Assembly (NCBI GenBank): GCA_965178125.1
Contig: OZ237749.1
Span: forward strand, 124,001-188,000
Origin: Bilabrum cf. latius
Taxonomy: Eukaryota
Length of the DNA: 64,000 nt
Direction: 5' to 3'
Below the pieces are notes generated by a model. That model saw only the letters and a program-made list of their open reading frames with translations, had not been told where the DNA came from and searched no databases. Position 1 is the stretch's first letter; each line of letters starts with the position of its first letter. Below are positions 38,766 to 49,446 of the stretch, piece by piece. The position numbers and the translations under genes were made by a program.

Positions 38766-41165
38766 ATGCTGAATCATATCATGAGTATTGGACCAGGTGA
38801 TGCAAGAGCGCAGCTGCGGACAGACGCTTTGCGCAAGCGCTCCGCAGGGTGGAGTTGCATGACCGCGCTCGTAGGAAGCTCTACCCGCGCCTTTTGGGTG
38901 TTAGCAGCGGCAAACTTGCTCTCATCAGTTCATGCAGATGCCAACGAAGCTGGTTTCTTTGGCCCTGCTTCAACGGACGTCATGATCAGCGGAAAGCTGC
39001 CGCTTGGCCTCGGCTTGGTCGGGCTGCAAGCTGAGCAACTGCAGATTCGCCTGGGAGCCATCACTTCCGACGAAGAAGACAAGCCTCAGCCATGTTCGAT
39101 ACATTTCATGTCTCAAGGCAACATTTCGCCTTACGGGTCGTTTGATGCAGTGCTAGAAGGCGTACCAGCGGGCAGCAACGTCACCTTCTGCGGGAGCCTC
39201 GTCGTGCCATCGGGAATCGACGCAGGGCAGCTCACCGAGTCTACCGATCACAAAGGGATGCTCACATACGCGAACTTCCAGATCCGTGGAATTGTTCCGC
39301 CTGCAGAGGAGCTGAGCGGCAGCTCAGTTCCGTTTTACCTGGTGGACCGCGGGGCGTGGAGCATCGCTCACAGCTCAGGAGCAAGTGGCAACACGGTTCG
39401 AGTGGCTTCCAGCGTGATCGGACTTGTGTCATCTCCTGTCAACATGTGCATTTCCGCTGCTGTACTCGCTTGCTGCGTTGTCCTGGCTCGGGCAGCAGGC
39501 TGTGCCGCCTCTCCCGCCGAGCCGGCTGGTCTTGGTGCCGCTGAACAGGTGATGGAAGCCGAGTGGGACGAGGAGCGAGCCGACAAGGACATCACCATGG
39601 ATGCAAGCCGTGATTTAAACGAGGGTTTCGTCTTGAAGGAGCTGGAAAGCTCTGCAGCATCGATCCCAGCAGCACGGTGGGACTGCAGTCCTGTCCTGAA
39701 GCGCGAGGACGAGGAGGACGAGGACATGCTGGGCTCCCCACTCTTCAACCCTGCCGCCCTGCAGCGGTGCCCATCAGCTCCTCTCAAGGAGAAGAATGAT
39801 CGGCCGCTTCTTCCGAGAGCAGCGCTGCAGGCAGTGAAGCGCACGATCGATTTCGGGGGCGCGGCTGTGACAGAGGACCCGGCAGCGTCACGGACCCAGC
39901 TGACTGCCGCAGGTCTAAGGGGAGGGGATCGGGGCGAGGCTGTGCAGCAGCCGGCAGCCATGCACTTCGCCGTGAGTCCCCTGGGGTAGGAGGACGAGGA
40001 CGAGGACATGGACGAGGGGGCCGCTTTGGACAACAGCGAGATGGCCCGGCAAGCTACCGCCAGGACTCACCTCAGGACCCACCTCGCATCCAGCCTTCTG
40101 GTCCACGGCAGGGACCAAGCACACGGCGAAGGAGATGCGAGCCCAAGCAAGGGGGTCGAGGGCGCCGTGGGGCAGCTCCACGACAAGGCCGAAGTCATGA
40201 CCCCGGCCAGTGTCCCCGGGTCTGCTTTCCGGCTGTTTCGGGAGCATGATGAGGCGGAGGTGCCCCCGGAGTCTGGGATGGACAGCAGCCAGGACGCGGA
40301 GGAGGAGGAGGAAGAGGTCAGTGGGAAGGGCAGCGGGGCGATCGAGGGGCATGTTGCAGCGGGAGACTCTGCTGCAGGCACCGAGGGACCTGCGTCGCAC
40401 TCGTCACACGAGGGACCGCGCCCTGAGCCCTCCGCGCAGCTGCAGACCACCGCGACGAAAGCTGCCGGGCTGTTGCACGTGAGCTCGCTCCTGGCCGGGG
40501 CCAGGTCACCACCACCCAAGGGGTTCCGGGGGGCAAATGGCAAGCGGACCAGGGTGCTCCAGCAGCAGGCGGGTGTCTCTGCCTCGCACCTCGCTGCTGC
40601 TCTGTGGCGGGTGGCCAATGAGAGGCGGCAAAAGCAGCGCCATGAAGAAGAGATGAAGGAGGTAATGGAGGAGGAGGAGACGGGTGCACGTGACCCCCAC
40701 GGAGAGGAGCACCTCGAGCACTTCTATAATTCCAAGTCCAAGGTACCTGCGATCGGGACCAAGCGGCCAAGGGACGAGGCAGAGGATGGAAAGGAGGCGG
40801 AGGCAGCTCAAGGCAAGGGAACACGAGACAGGAAGAGCAGCCAAAGGGGCTTCAAGGGGGAACGCCCCGCCGCCCAGCCCGCCCTCAAGAGGCTAAGGGC
40901 TGCGGCCCGGCACTGCAGAGTGGAGCACGGGCGGGGTGCTGCCAGTGGGCCCGCTGTGACAGTCGACGATGGGATCGTGGCAGCACTCCAAGGGGCGGTG
41001 CACAACAAGGCAGGCAAGGTCCATGGAAAAGGGGATGAGACGGGGCCGGCGGGCAAGGGGGTCCGGAGGGGGACGATCCGCACAGCATCCGAGCAGGGCA
41101 GGCAGCCCGCTGGCTTTGTGGCTGCTGGAGGCATCGGGACAGGCCGGGTGCACGCCGGGTACTGA
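38766..41165 (+). CDS. Hypothetical protein with N-terminal hydrophobic segments, a probable TM segment and a long disordered C-terminus; 1 in-frame TAG; start uncertain
   Basis: ORFs 38565..39989 and 40008..41165 are in frame, joined by TAG 39987, and end at TGA. The ATG at 38565 overlaps the ATP23 start, so a downstream ATG is assumed. Confidence 0.6.
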
Positions 41166-41459
41166 ACATGCGGTGCCTGTCTATGAAGGTTAACATGCTA
41201 TGATTCTTCCTTCCTTTTAACGTTAAACCTTCGACTAGGCCACTATGCAAGGTGAAGCACAGCCTTTCCCGCTTGCCGTCCGTTTGTTAGTCCGCCTGCA
41301 GTAGCCCTGCGTGCTGCTTCCAAGACTGGCAAGTCCAGACTAGGGTTCGAATTAGACGACATGATTACGTTTGGCTTGCATTTAGCTGGGTGGTGTTAAC
41401 AAACACCTGTTTTTGGTTGAAGAATCGCTGCACGCAGCAACGTGCGCCCCAGTTGCCAC

Positions 41460-41873
41460 TTACGAGCGCTCGCCACGGATGCGGCGGGCCAGCTGCATGT
41501 CTCGGGGCATGATTGTCACGCGTTTTGCGTGGATTGCACACAGGTTGGTGTCCTCGAACAGGCCAACCAGGTAGGCCTCAGCGGCCTCCTGCAGGGCCAG
41601 GATGGCGGATCCCTGGTAGCGAAGCTGTCCAACCAAATGTTCCTGGCCGATCTCACGCACCAGGCGCTGGAAAGGAAGCTTGCGGATAAGCAGTTCGGTT
41701 GATTTCTGGTACCGGCGGATCTCGCGCAGGGCCACGGTCCCGGGCCTGTACCGGTGCGGCTTCTTCACACCGCCAGATGACGGGGCAGATTTACGAGCTG
41801 CCTTGGTGGCAAGTTGCTTTCGAGGCGCTTTGCCGCCGGTAGATTTGCGCGCTGTTTGTTTAGTACGCGCCAT
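41460..41873 (-). CDS. H3: Histone H3 variant (canonical tail, divergent loop 1)
   Basis: [28 protein letters not shown]...[28 protein letters not shown] follows the canonical C-terminus directly. Confidence 0.98.
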   Translation of the reverse strand: MARTKQTARKSTGGKAPRKQLATKAARKSAPSSGGVKKPHRYRPGTVALREIRRYQKSTELLIRKLPFQRLVREIGQEHLVGQLRYQGSAILALQEAAEAYLVGLFEDTNLCAIHAKRVTIMPRDMQLARRIRGERS

Positions 41874-42008
41874 ACTTGCAAAAAAAGCGCAGATAGTAAG
41901 TTAGAGTGAGAGGGCAAGTCGCTATGACCAACAGTCATATCTCTGATTAATGTATAACGTCACGGTACAATGTTAGCTTTGGACCCAAGTGCAAGAGAGG
42001 CAAATAGA

Positions 42009-43680
42009 ATGGTATCCAAGTCAGCAAGTCCCGCTGAACGAGCAAAAGATCATACCATTCAATAGTTGCGAGGAGTCTTTGCTGCATTCGATGAGAATAG
42101 AGACAACTACCTTACGCAGGAGTGAGTTCGAGTTGGCGGTGCTACACTTGTGGATCTATCCCAACACAAGCTCAGGCAGCGTACTCTCGACCACGTACAT
42201 GTCTGTTTGCATCGCAGAGAGCTGGCAGCGGCGTTGCTGAGCTTGGGCTTGGAGCCAACTCCAGCGCTGTTGCAGCGATTCCAAGAATCATCGGAATCGC
42301 AGGATGTCGACCAGAGTGCCTTTGTTACAGTGTGTCTGACCGAAATAGCCGACGATGCTCGCACTACGGCAAGGCCAATTTTGGAACTCCTAAAGGAGTT
42401 CGATCCCAGCGGTGCAGGGACCGTGGACGCAGGAGTACTGAAGCACTTGCTCTCCGGAGTGGACACCCCTTCCAAGCTGTCCGTCGAGGAGGTAAGACTA
42501 CTGGTAGGGAATCATGCCGATGGGCTCAGTGCTGCATCGACTGGCTCTTTGTTTCCGCGCTGGCCCCGACCTGGCCCCATCGCACCGTGCGTCCAACCAT
42601 CCGCCAGCTGTCAATCCCCAGCCATCACCTCACTTGCAGACTTCTGACTTTTTGCGCATGCTTGGGGTGGTTGGACCCACTGACGGGGCATTCACCGCGG
42701 AAGAGGCCCTGGCTCTCACGCAGAGGATCCGACCGGGGGATGGGGCGCACGTGGACTACGGGGCCCTGCTGCGGCAGATGATCTTCCACCCGGGCAAGGC
42801 GGCTCGTGGGCTGGGCGATGCGCCCGTGCTGCAGCGGGCTGCATCTAGGATGGCCAACGGGGCGAGGATCAGGAGGAAGAGGGGGACCGTGCGGGGAGGG
42901 ACAGGGGGGCAGGGGGCGGGGCAAGGGCAGGGGCAGGGGCAGGGGCAGGGGCAGGGGCAGGGGCAAGGAGGTGCGTTGTCCTCCTCATCCTCCTCGTCCT
43001 CGCCCATTCCCAGGCCACCGAGCGCCCCATCGGCGGGTAGCAGCTCCGGTGGGATGCCAGGCAATGGCAATGGCAGGGGCTGGGACAGGGCGGGTGCACC
43101 GTACGGTGACAGTGCGGTCGGATCAGGGGCTGGCAGTAGCAGCAGCAGCGATGCGATGGCCAGCGATGCAGCCCGGGCGAGGGCGGCAGTGGACGCTGCC
43201 GTGAGGCGGGGTGAGAAGGCGCTGGAGGGGATGCCCCGGGGAGCGGGTAACCCCAGGGTGGGGAGTGAAGGGCCCTCGAGGGATGCCCCTGTGGTGGGGC
43301 AGGCACCCCCCGGGGTACCCCTGGGGGCGAGCCACGTGCTCTCCCTCGGTGACCGGCTGCATGCCGTCGGCAAGGTGGGCCTGCAGATGGGCTTCGGGAT
43401 GGAGGGGGGGAGCAGGGGTGTGACGAGTGGGAGTGCCGACGGTGGCACAGCAGCGTCGACCGTCCCTTCCATGCGCAGCATCTTGGAGGACAGCGGTGCC
43501 GCTGTGACGAGTGTGCAGGGCGGCGGCACCGGGGACAGCAGCGGTGCGGCCGCCGGGGCATTTTCGCCCGATTCGGCGGTTGGGGGAAACAGCGGTGGCG
43601 GCTCTGGCCTCAAGCCCATCCCTAGGCCGCCCCCGTAGCACGTGGAGCCACCCGTGGAGTCTTCCGCTGGGGTGGCCTGA
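42009..43680 (+). CDS. Calmodulin/myosin-light-chain-like EF-hand protein with a Gly/Ser-rich tail; introns 42122..42217 and 42492..42639; 2 in-frame TAGs
   Basis: IQ*LRGVFAAFDENRDNYLTQE|ELAAALLSLGLEPT, FDPSGAGTVD, LSVEE|TSDFLR, VDYGALL. GTGAGT and GTAAGA donors with CAG acceptors keep the frame. TAGs at 42063 and 43636. Ends at TGA TGA (43678). Confidence 0.8.
42919..42966 (+). repeat. (GGGCAG)n coding repeat, (Gly-Gln)8
   Basis: Direct reading. Confidence 0.85.
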
Positions 43681-45655
43681 TGAATGAGGCCAGCGTCGCA
43701 AGTGTTTTGGGGAGTCCTCGAGCGCAATCGTCACAGTGCCACAAGCACACCCGAACCTAAATCACCCATATAATTGGCCGCAAATCAGACGAGAATGGAC
43801 GACAGCTAGGCAAGCAGACGGTTAGCAAAGATATCAGGTGTCTCCAGAACCAACGGTGGCGATTAGGCCGATGGGGCGGCAGAGCTACGAGTTGCTGGGA
43901 GCGGGGTGGTCTCTGCAGAAGCAGCCGAAAAGTATAGAACAACGCACAAGCACATGACAGATGAAGAGAGGGATATTCTGGTGGAGAAGTAGGCACAACA
44001 GGAAGCGAATAGAGGCAATGGTACGCGCAGCGATACGGACTAGCTCAACGAAGTGCTTGACGAAGCAGCAACCACAATTTTGCTCACAAGCCAAGACATT
44101 CGCTCCAAATTGAGTCCATCATACTTCTAGTCTGACGTGGCAGGAGCGGTGCGGTATGCGGTCGTGCTGGCAGTTTGCAGCCTTGCCGGGGTTGCACTGG
44201 GAACATGCAACTGGGTGCCTATCGCAGTGCCTGCAGGCATGGAGTAGGCAGATTGGGATACTGCACTGGTTGTTGGGGGTCTGCGATTCGGCCAGGCATC
44301 GGCACTGGCCCAAGTTGCTGAACCCACAAACCGCCTTGTCTCCGGACGAACCCAGTAGACTTACACGCTGCCGTCGGTCGCGGCACTCGAGCTGGCGGAG
44401 CGCATTGATGCTGACGTGGGCGGTGTCGCGGCAGGTACGGGTGGAGGGGAGCCCGGCGGATCCAGCTGGCTGTCGCAGGCGGCTAGCGGAAGCGAAGCGG
44501 AGGCCGGTGCTCCTGTTGAAGCTCCAGCTCGTTCCGGGTGGCTCGGTGGTGTGACGAGTGGCAGGCGAGGTCTGCTGTCATGGCCCCTGGAGGCGGCCGG
44601 TGGGCCCGCCTGGTGGCTCGGCAAGTGGCTGGCTGGGACAGGCACGGGGCTGCAGCGCGGAGAGGGCGAGGAGGGGGAGGAGGGCAGCTGGCTGTAGGTC
44701 TGGCTCTGGCACTGGCCGCTTCTGCTGGTGACAGCGAGTGCAGCGCAATGCGCTGGGGTACTGGCGGAGCGGATGTGGGGCGCAGTGGGAGGCATCGGTC
44801 GAGTGGGAGCTGCGGTGTCATCCGGGGAGATTGGTGGGGCGAGTGGGGCTGGCGGCAGCAGCGGCGGCAAAGCGAGAGCTGGATCTGGAGCAGGAGGAGG
44901 GGCGGGGGCGGGAGGAGGCACGATGTCGTCTGGGCTGCTGTGGGTGGCTCTCGGGGCCGTGCTTCCTTCCTGGGTGCTGGGAGTGCTGCGTGCACCGTGG
45001 GTGTCTGCTGTGACGAGTGTGCTGGGACAGTGCGTGAAGGACATTGTGCTGGGCGCGAGCGTGCTGGTGCTGACAAGCACTGCAGCTGCTGGATGGGTGC
45101 TTGAAGGGAGTGAGGGACCGGGGGGTTCGGTGGATGCCGAGGGGCTGGCGGGGGGCATCATGGGGATGTGCCAGTGAGTAGATCTGGTGTTGGTATTAGT
45201 GCCGTGGCAGCTGTCCTCAGCTGTCCTCAATGCTGTTGCACAATCGTATTATACTTTGTGGATGCTTGCAATGAGCACGCGTTTCTTCACGTCAAAGACT
45301 TATTACACTCTCCCCAACTGTTCCCTACCATCTCCTTCCTCTTCATGTCCATCCCCTCGAGGTGCTGCACCTCCCCCACCCACACCAGCACCCCCCCCAT
45401 CCCCATGACCCCCTCCCGCCCTCAGGGCCGACTCGTGGAAGCCCCCCGCCGCCGCTGCCGCCCCCCTCGATGCTCCCGACTGGGGCCCCAGTGGCACGGG
45501 CGCGCCCAACCACTTGCCCACCCGAGCCAGCACCGAGGGCGCGGGGGGCAGCAGCACGCCGGGCTCCTGCAGGCGCTCCTCGGTGAGGAGCCAGCCAGCG
45601 CGGTGGTAGTGCGAGGGCTGGCTGGCCTCTCGGCCCGATAGCAGTGTGACGAGTG
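43418..45655 (+). promoter_or_regulatory. Cluster of 5 co-oriented copies of the dispersed motif (G)TGTGACGAGTG inside exons; function unknown
   Basis: Copies at 43418, 43503, 44549, 45009 and 45644; further copies elsewhere (see findings). The regulatory label is inference. Confidence 0.5.
43795..45177 (+). CDS. Membrane protein (~460 aa), tentatively GET2/CAML-like; 8 in-frame TAGs
   Basis: ATG 43795 (upstream in-frame TAA 43771) to TGA 45175, broken only by TAG at 43807, 43864, 43990, 44041, 44128, 44245, 44356 and 44695. N-terminal ASRRLAKISG and several hydrophobic helices. Confidence 0.65.
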
Positions 45656-46160
45656 CGCTGCTGGCGGCCTCAGCCAGAATGCCCAGATTGCGGGGGTCCA
45701 GCACGGAGCCGATGGGCCTGCCCCCCGGGTCATGACCGTGACCGGGCACAGCCCTGGCAGCCCTGGCGCCCGGCACTGGATCCGCGTGCGATTGCCGGAG
45801 CGGGATGCTGCTCGCACCGCTCATCGGCAGCTGAGATCGATCCCGCGGGAGGGGCTCTCCAGAGGCGAGCGAGAGCTGCAGCATGCGGAGCTCGTCGATC
45901 TGGCGCTGCAGGACCCGCATCTGCCCATCCTGGGAAGTGCGGCGGTCTCGGGCACCAGCATACGCTTCCGGATATCGTTTGCGAAGGTATGTGTCGTGCT
46001 CATAGCACGCATACAGGAACAGCGCAGGCAACGTGAAGGACTTGGCGATCCACCAGCTCAGGTCCAGCACGTCCGAGGTGCGGTCACCACTGCGGGTGAT
46101 AATCTGAAGCAGCCGGCGAAACGCTCGAGATCCACGCCGAAACGACCTAATCGTGTCCAT
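45303..46160 (-). CDS. Hypothetical protein (285 aa) with one TM-like segment and a short coiled coil
   Basis: Intact ATG-to-TAA ORF filling the gap between neighbouring genes; WWIAKSFTLPALFLYACY followed by QMRVLQRQIDELRML. Confidence 0.6.
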   Translation of the reverse strand: MDTIRSFRRGSRAFRRLLQIITRSGDRTSDVLDLSWWIAKSFTLPALFLYACYEHDTYLRKRYPEAYAGARDRRTSQDGQMRVLQRQIDELRMLQLSLASGEPLPRDRSQLPMSGASSIPLRQSHADPVPGARAARAVPGHGHDPGGRPIGSVLDPRNLGILAEAASSALVTLLSGREASQPSHYHRAGWLLTEERLQEPGVLLPPAPSVLARVGKWLGAPVPLGPQSGASRGAAAAAGGFHESALRAGGGHGDGGGAGVGGGGAAPRGDGHEEEGDGREQLGRV

Positions 46161-46443
46161 TGTGACTGCTAATGGCTCTCCACAGTTGCAGCACGACTGG
46201 ACAGACTCTTGCTTGGTTGCACGGTTTCACTGCAGCCGCGCAAGCCGCTTAATCTAGAACCATGAGAAGGCAAATTAAACAGTCCCGTGTGTTGATACCC
46301 AATAAAGCTCTTGGGAGTCTACAGAGACTGCAAATTGGGGAGCCCTCCAATCGTCATTCGGAGCCTTGGTCCGCAAGTGTGCTCTATCGGGCCTCGTTAC
46401 CGCACTCTGCGCATACCCAAGTCTAAGTTTGCTCTCCTATACC

Positions 46444-48669
46444 ATGCGAGGCTATTTCTTGCATGATCCTCTGGAGGCTGTGAACGAAGTGGTTCTCAAG
46501 GACTGCGGTGTGGAGGTTTCCGAAGGCCCGGCTGCATCTAGCTCCAGCGCGGCAGCGGCTGCTGCACCGCCGGCTGGCGAGTGCAAGTCAAGCAATGCGA
46601 CAACCATTGCAGCAACTACGACTATTTGCCTAGATATTCGTGATTCCGCAGATGCTTGGGTGCGAGTGCCGCTGAAAGCAGGCGAGCAAGCAAAGATACG
46701 CGCCGGCGTCTGGTGGCGCTTGCGGCACGCGCCTGCCCCCGAGGCTGTTTCCTCGTCCGCAGGCGCCATCGCAAGCAGCGACGACGTAGAAGTTGCTTGT
46801 GACTCTGCGTCTTCATCCGCGATTGCGGCCGGTGTGCTGACCGCGCCCGGAGCAGAAGGCGAGCCGGTGCCTGCCGGCGCGGCGCAAGTCAGCACCGACG
46901 GTGCCGCTGTGGTGGAGCGCTTCGGCGAGGCGGGGGCGCGGCAGCAGGAACTGATGGAGCGGCCTTACTGGAAGCACCACGGGTCCAAGCACACCCGCGA
47001 GCTCGTGTGCGAGCTGTGCAACTGCTTCTACCAGCTGGGCTGGTGCTCCGGCACCGGCGGGTCCATCAGCATCCGTCGCGGCTGCCGCACGTACATGGCC
47101 CCGTCCGGTGTGCAGAAGGAGAGAATGATGCCGCAGGACATCTACTGCCTCGATAGCGAGGGGCAGCCCCTGTACGTGCCCCCCAAGCGATTCGGAGCCG
47201 AAAGGGCGCCCAAGCTGAGCGAGTGCGCGCCCCTTTTCAGCCTGCCCTACTCGCTGTGCGGGGCGGGCGCCTGCCTGCACTCGCACCACCCCTCTATCGT
47301 GCTCGTGTCGCTCATGTTCGACCGGCACTTCGAGGCGACCCACCTGGAGATGATCAAGGGAGTGTCCGGGCACGGGTACTACGACACGATGAAGATCCCC
47401 ATCATTAACAACACCGCGAGGGAGTGCAACCTGACCGACTCGCTGCGGCTGGCCATCCAGAACAACCCAGGATGCACGGCTGTCATCGTGAGGAGGCACG
47501 GGATGTATGTCTGGGGCACTTCCTGGGAGAAGGCAAAGGCGCAGGCCGAGTGCCTGCACTACCTGTTCGACGTCGCGGTGCAGATGAAGAGGATGGGCGC
47601 GGACCCGACCAAGCCCGCGGGGTATGTGCCCGACACCAACGACGAGCCGGGTCTGGCCCACGGCTTCGGAGAAGGTCTCACGGAGAAAGACGTCATTGCG
47701 GAGGGGAAGAGGGACAGGTGGGCCTGGATGGAAGGGGGGAAGGGCGCCGCGTCGGGTGCGGGCGACAGCGGTGAAGCTGCGGGGTCGAAGCGGCGCAGGC
47801 CAGACGGAGAAGAGGAGGAGGGTGCAGCCTCTGGCGGGGTTGCGGCGAAGAAGCACCGCGCGGAGGGTAACGGGGCTGCTGCTGCTGCTGCTGGCTTCCA
47901 CGGCGCCAGCAACGAGACCCTCGCCACTGACGCAGACATCGAGGGCCTGGACCCCGTACTGCAGGAGAAGCCCAGCCTCAAGTCGTACCGCGCCGTGCTG
48001 CTGGACATCGAGGGGTGCATGACCCCGCTGTCCTTCGTGCACGACACTCTCTTCCCCTATGCGGCCAAGCACATGCGGGCCTGGCTCGAGAGCAACTGGG
48101 GCAAGCCCGAGTGCCAGTCGATGGTGCGCGATCTGGAGGCCGACGTGCCGGCCGGAACCGATATTGCCTCCGTCGACTCCGCGTTCGGCGCGCTCAAAGG
48201 CCTTGCCGATCGCAATGCCAAAGTCACCTCTCTGAAGAGGGTGCAGGGAGCTGTGTGGCGAGCCGGATACGCCTCTGGTGAGCTCAAGGGAGATCTATTT
48301 GACGACGTAGTGCCATTCTTGCAGAGGGCAACTGCAGCAGGGGTCAAATGCTACATATATTCGTCCGGATCGCGTGAGGCTCAGCGACTGCTCTTCGAGC
48401 ATTCTAAACAGGGCGATATTCGTGGACTGCTGGCGGGGTACTTTGACACAACCACTGGAGCCAAAGTCTCGCCTGCAAGCTACAAGAGCATTTCACTGTC
48501 AGTCGGAGCAGCATCTCCTTCAGAGGTCCTCTTCTTTACTGATGCTGCAAAGGAGGCTGTTGCAGCCACGCGAGCTGGCATGCACGTGGTCTTGACTGAC
48601 CGACCTGGCAACGTGGGACTACCAAAATCCAAATTCGCGACCATTACTGATTTCACTGGAGTGGCTTGA
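46444..48669 (+). CDS. Methionine-salvage fusion: degenerate ARD/MtnD-like cupin + methylthioribulose-1-P dehydratase (MtnB) + enolase-phosphatase E1 (MtnC)
   Basis: MtnB: ELCNCFYQLGWCSGTGGSIS, APSGVQKER, GAGACLHSH, HLEMIKG, VRRHGMYVWG. MtnC HAD: LLDIEGCMTPLSFVHDTLFPYA, YIYSSGSREAQRLLF. N-terminal LDIRDSADAWVRVPLKAGE..IRAGVWWRL resembles ARD. Ends at TGA. Confidence 0.92.
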   Translation: MRGYFLHDPLEAVNEVVLKDCGVEVSEGPAASSSSAAAAAAPPAGECKSSNATTIAATTTICLDIRDSADAWVRVPLKAGEQAKIRAGVWWRLRHAPAPEAVSSSAGAIASSDDVEVACDSASSSAIAAGVLTAPGAEGEPVPAGAAQVSTDGAAVVERFGEAGARQQELMERPYWKHHGSKHTRELVCELCNCFYQLGWCSGTGGSISIRRGCRTYMAPSGVQKERMMPQDIYCLDSEGQPLYVPPKRFGAERAPKLSECAPLFSLPYSLCGAGACLHSHHPSIVLVSLMFDRHFEATHLEMIKGVSGHGYYDTMKIPIINNTARECNLTDSLRLAIQNNPGCTAVIVRRHGMYVWGTSWEKAKAQAECLHYLFDVAVQMKRMGADPTKPAGYVPDTNDEPGLAHGFGEGLTEKDVIAEGKRDRWAWMEGGKGAASGAGDSGEAAGSKRRRPDGEEEEGAASGGVAAKKHRAEGNGAAAAAAGFHGASNETLATDADIEGLDPVLQEKPSLKSYRAVLLDIEGCMTPLSFVHDTLFPYAAKHMRAWLESNWGKPECQSMVRDLEADVPAGTDIASVDSAFGALKGLADRNAKVTSLKRVQGAVWRAGYASGELKGDLFDDVVPFLQRATAAGVKCYIYSSGSREAQRLLFEHSKQGDIRGLLAGYFDTTTGAKVSPASYKSISLSVGAASPSEVLFFTDAAKEAVAATRAGMHVVLTDRPGNVGLPKSKFATITDFTGVA

Positions 48670-49278
48670 TTGGATACAAAAGGTGTGTGTAGCTTGCAGA
48701 AATATACTGATAAGAATAAATCGTCACCGCCGTTGCATGTAGCCGTTGGACATCTTCAAAATAGCAAATATTTAGCTCTCATTGAAAATTTATCATATCG
48801 AATAGACTTATACCGAATGATTGGCCTAATTCCACTCTGGCGAGCTTATTTTCGGATAGAATGAAGACAAATGAGCCAAATACCGTCCCTGAAGCTGTTC
48901 TTGGATATATTGAAAGCCATTTCAACAGCCATTTGTCTGTTACCTTTCTATGGCATTTATGCCTTGCGATGCGGTTTGGATGGAGGCATACATGGTCTCT
49001 ATAACGGTTGCTATGTCCTCAAAACGTCTTTTAATTTATGCATGTTCTGAACACGAACGCTCATGATTACGTCGCCTGTCCAAAACTCCTGACTGTTTAT
49101 TTTCTTAACAGTTCACTGTTACTATTTGTTGTCACTTTTACGAAGACTTTCAACCATAATTCTACAGATTCATTGTAACAGCCTTATGCTTAAGCACTAT
49201 TATTTATCCTTATTATTTCAACTAGTGAGCAATACATATTTTTGATTTCCATGTTTCTGTAGCTGCGTTTGAGATTCT

Positions 49279-49446
49279 CGCACACAGGTCCAGATCTATC
49301 AATGCAAGGTACCAATCGTCACTAAGCTTGTAAAGCATCCCCTCGTCTCATTTCTTCCTTCGCGCACACAGGTCCAGATCTATCAATGCAAGGTACCAAT
49401 CGTCACTAAGCTTGTAAAGCATCCCCTCGTCTCATTTCTTCCTTCG
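49279..49446. repeat. Perfect 84-bp tandem duplication (49279-49362, 49363-49446)
   Basis: cgcacacaggtccagatc...tcatttcttccttcg repeated head-to-tail with no mismatch seen. Confidence 0.9.

Noticed and set aside
41460-41873. CenH3/CENP-A
   Set aside because: The N-terminal tail is canonical and PFQ and EDT are retained; only loop 1 diverges.
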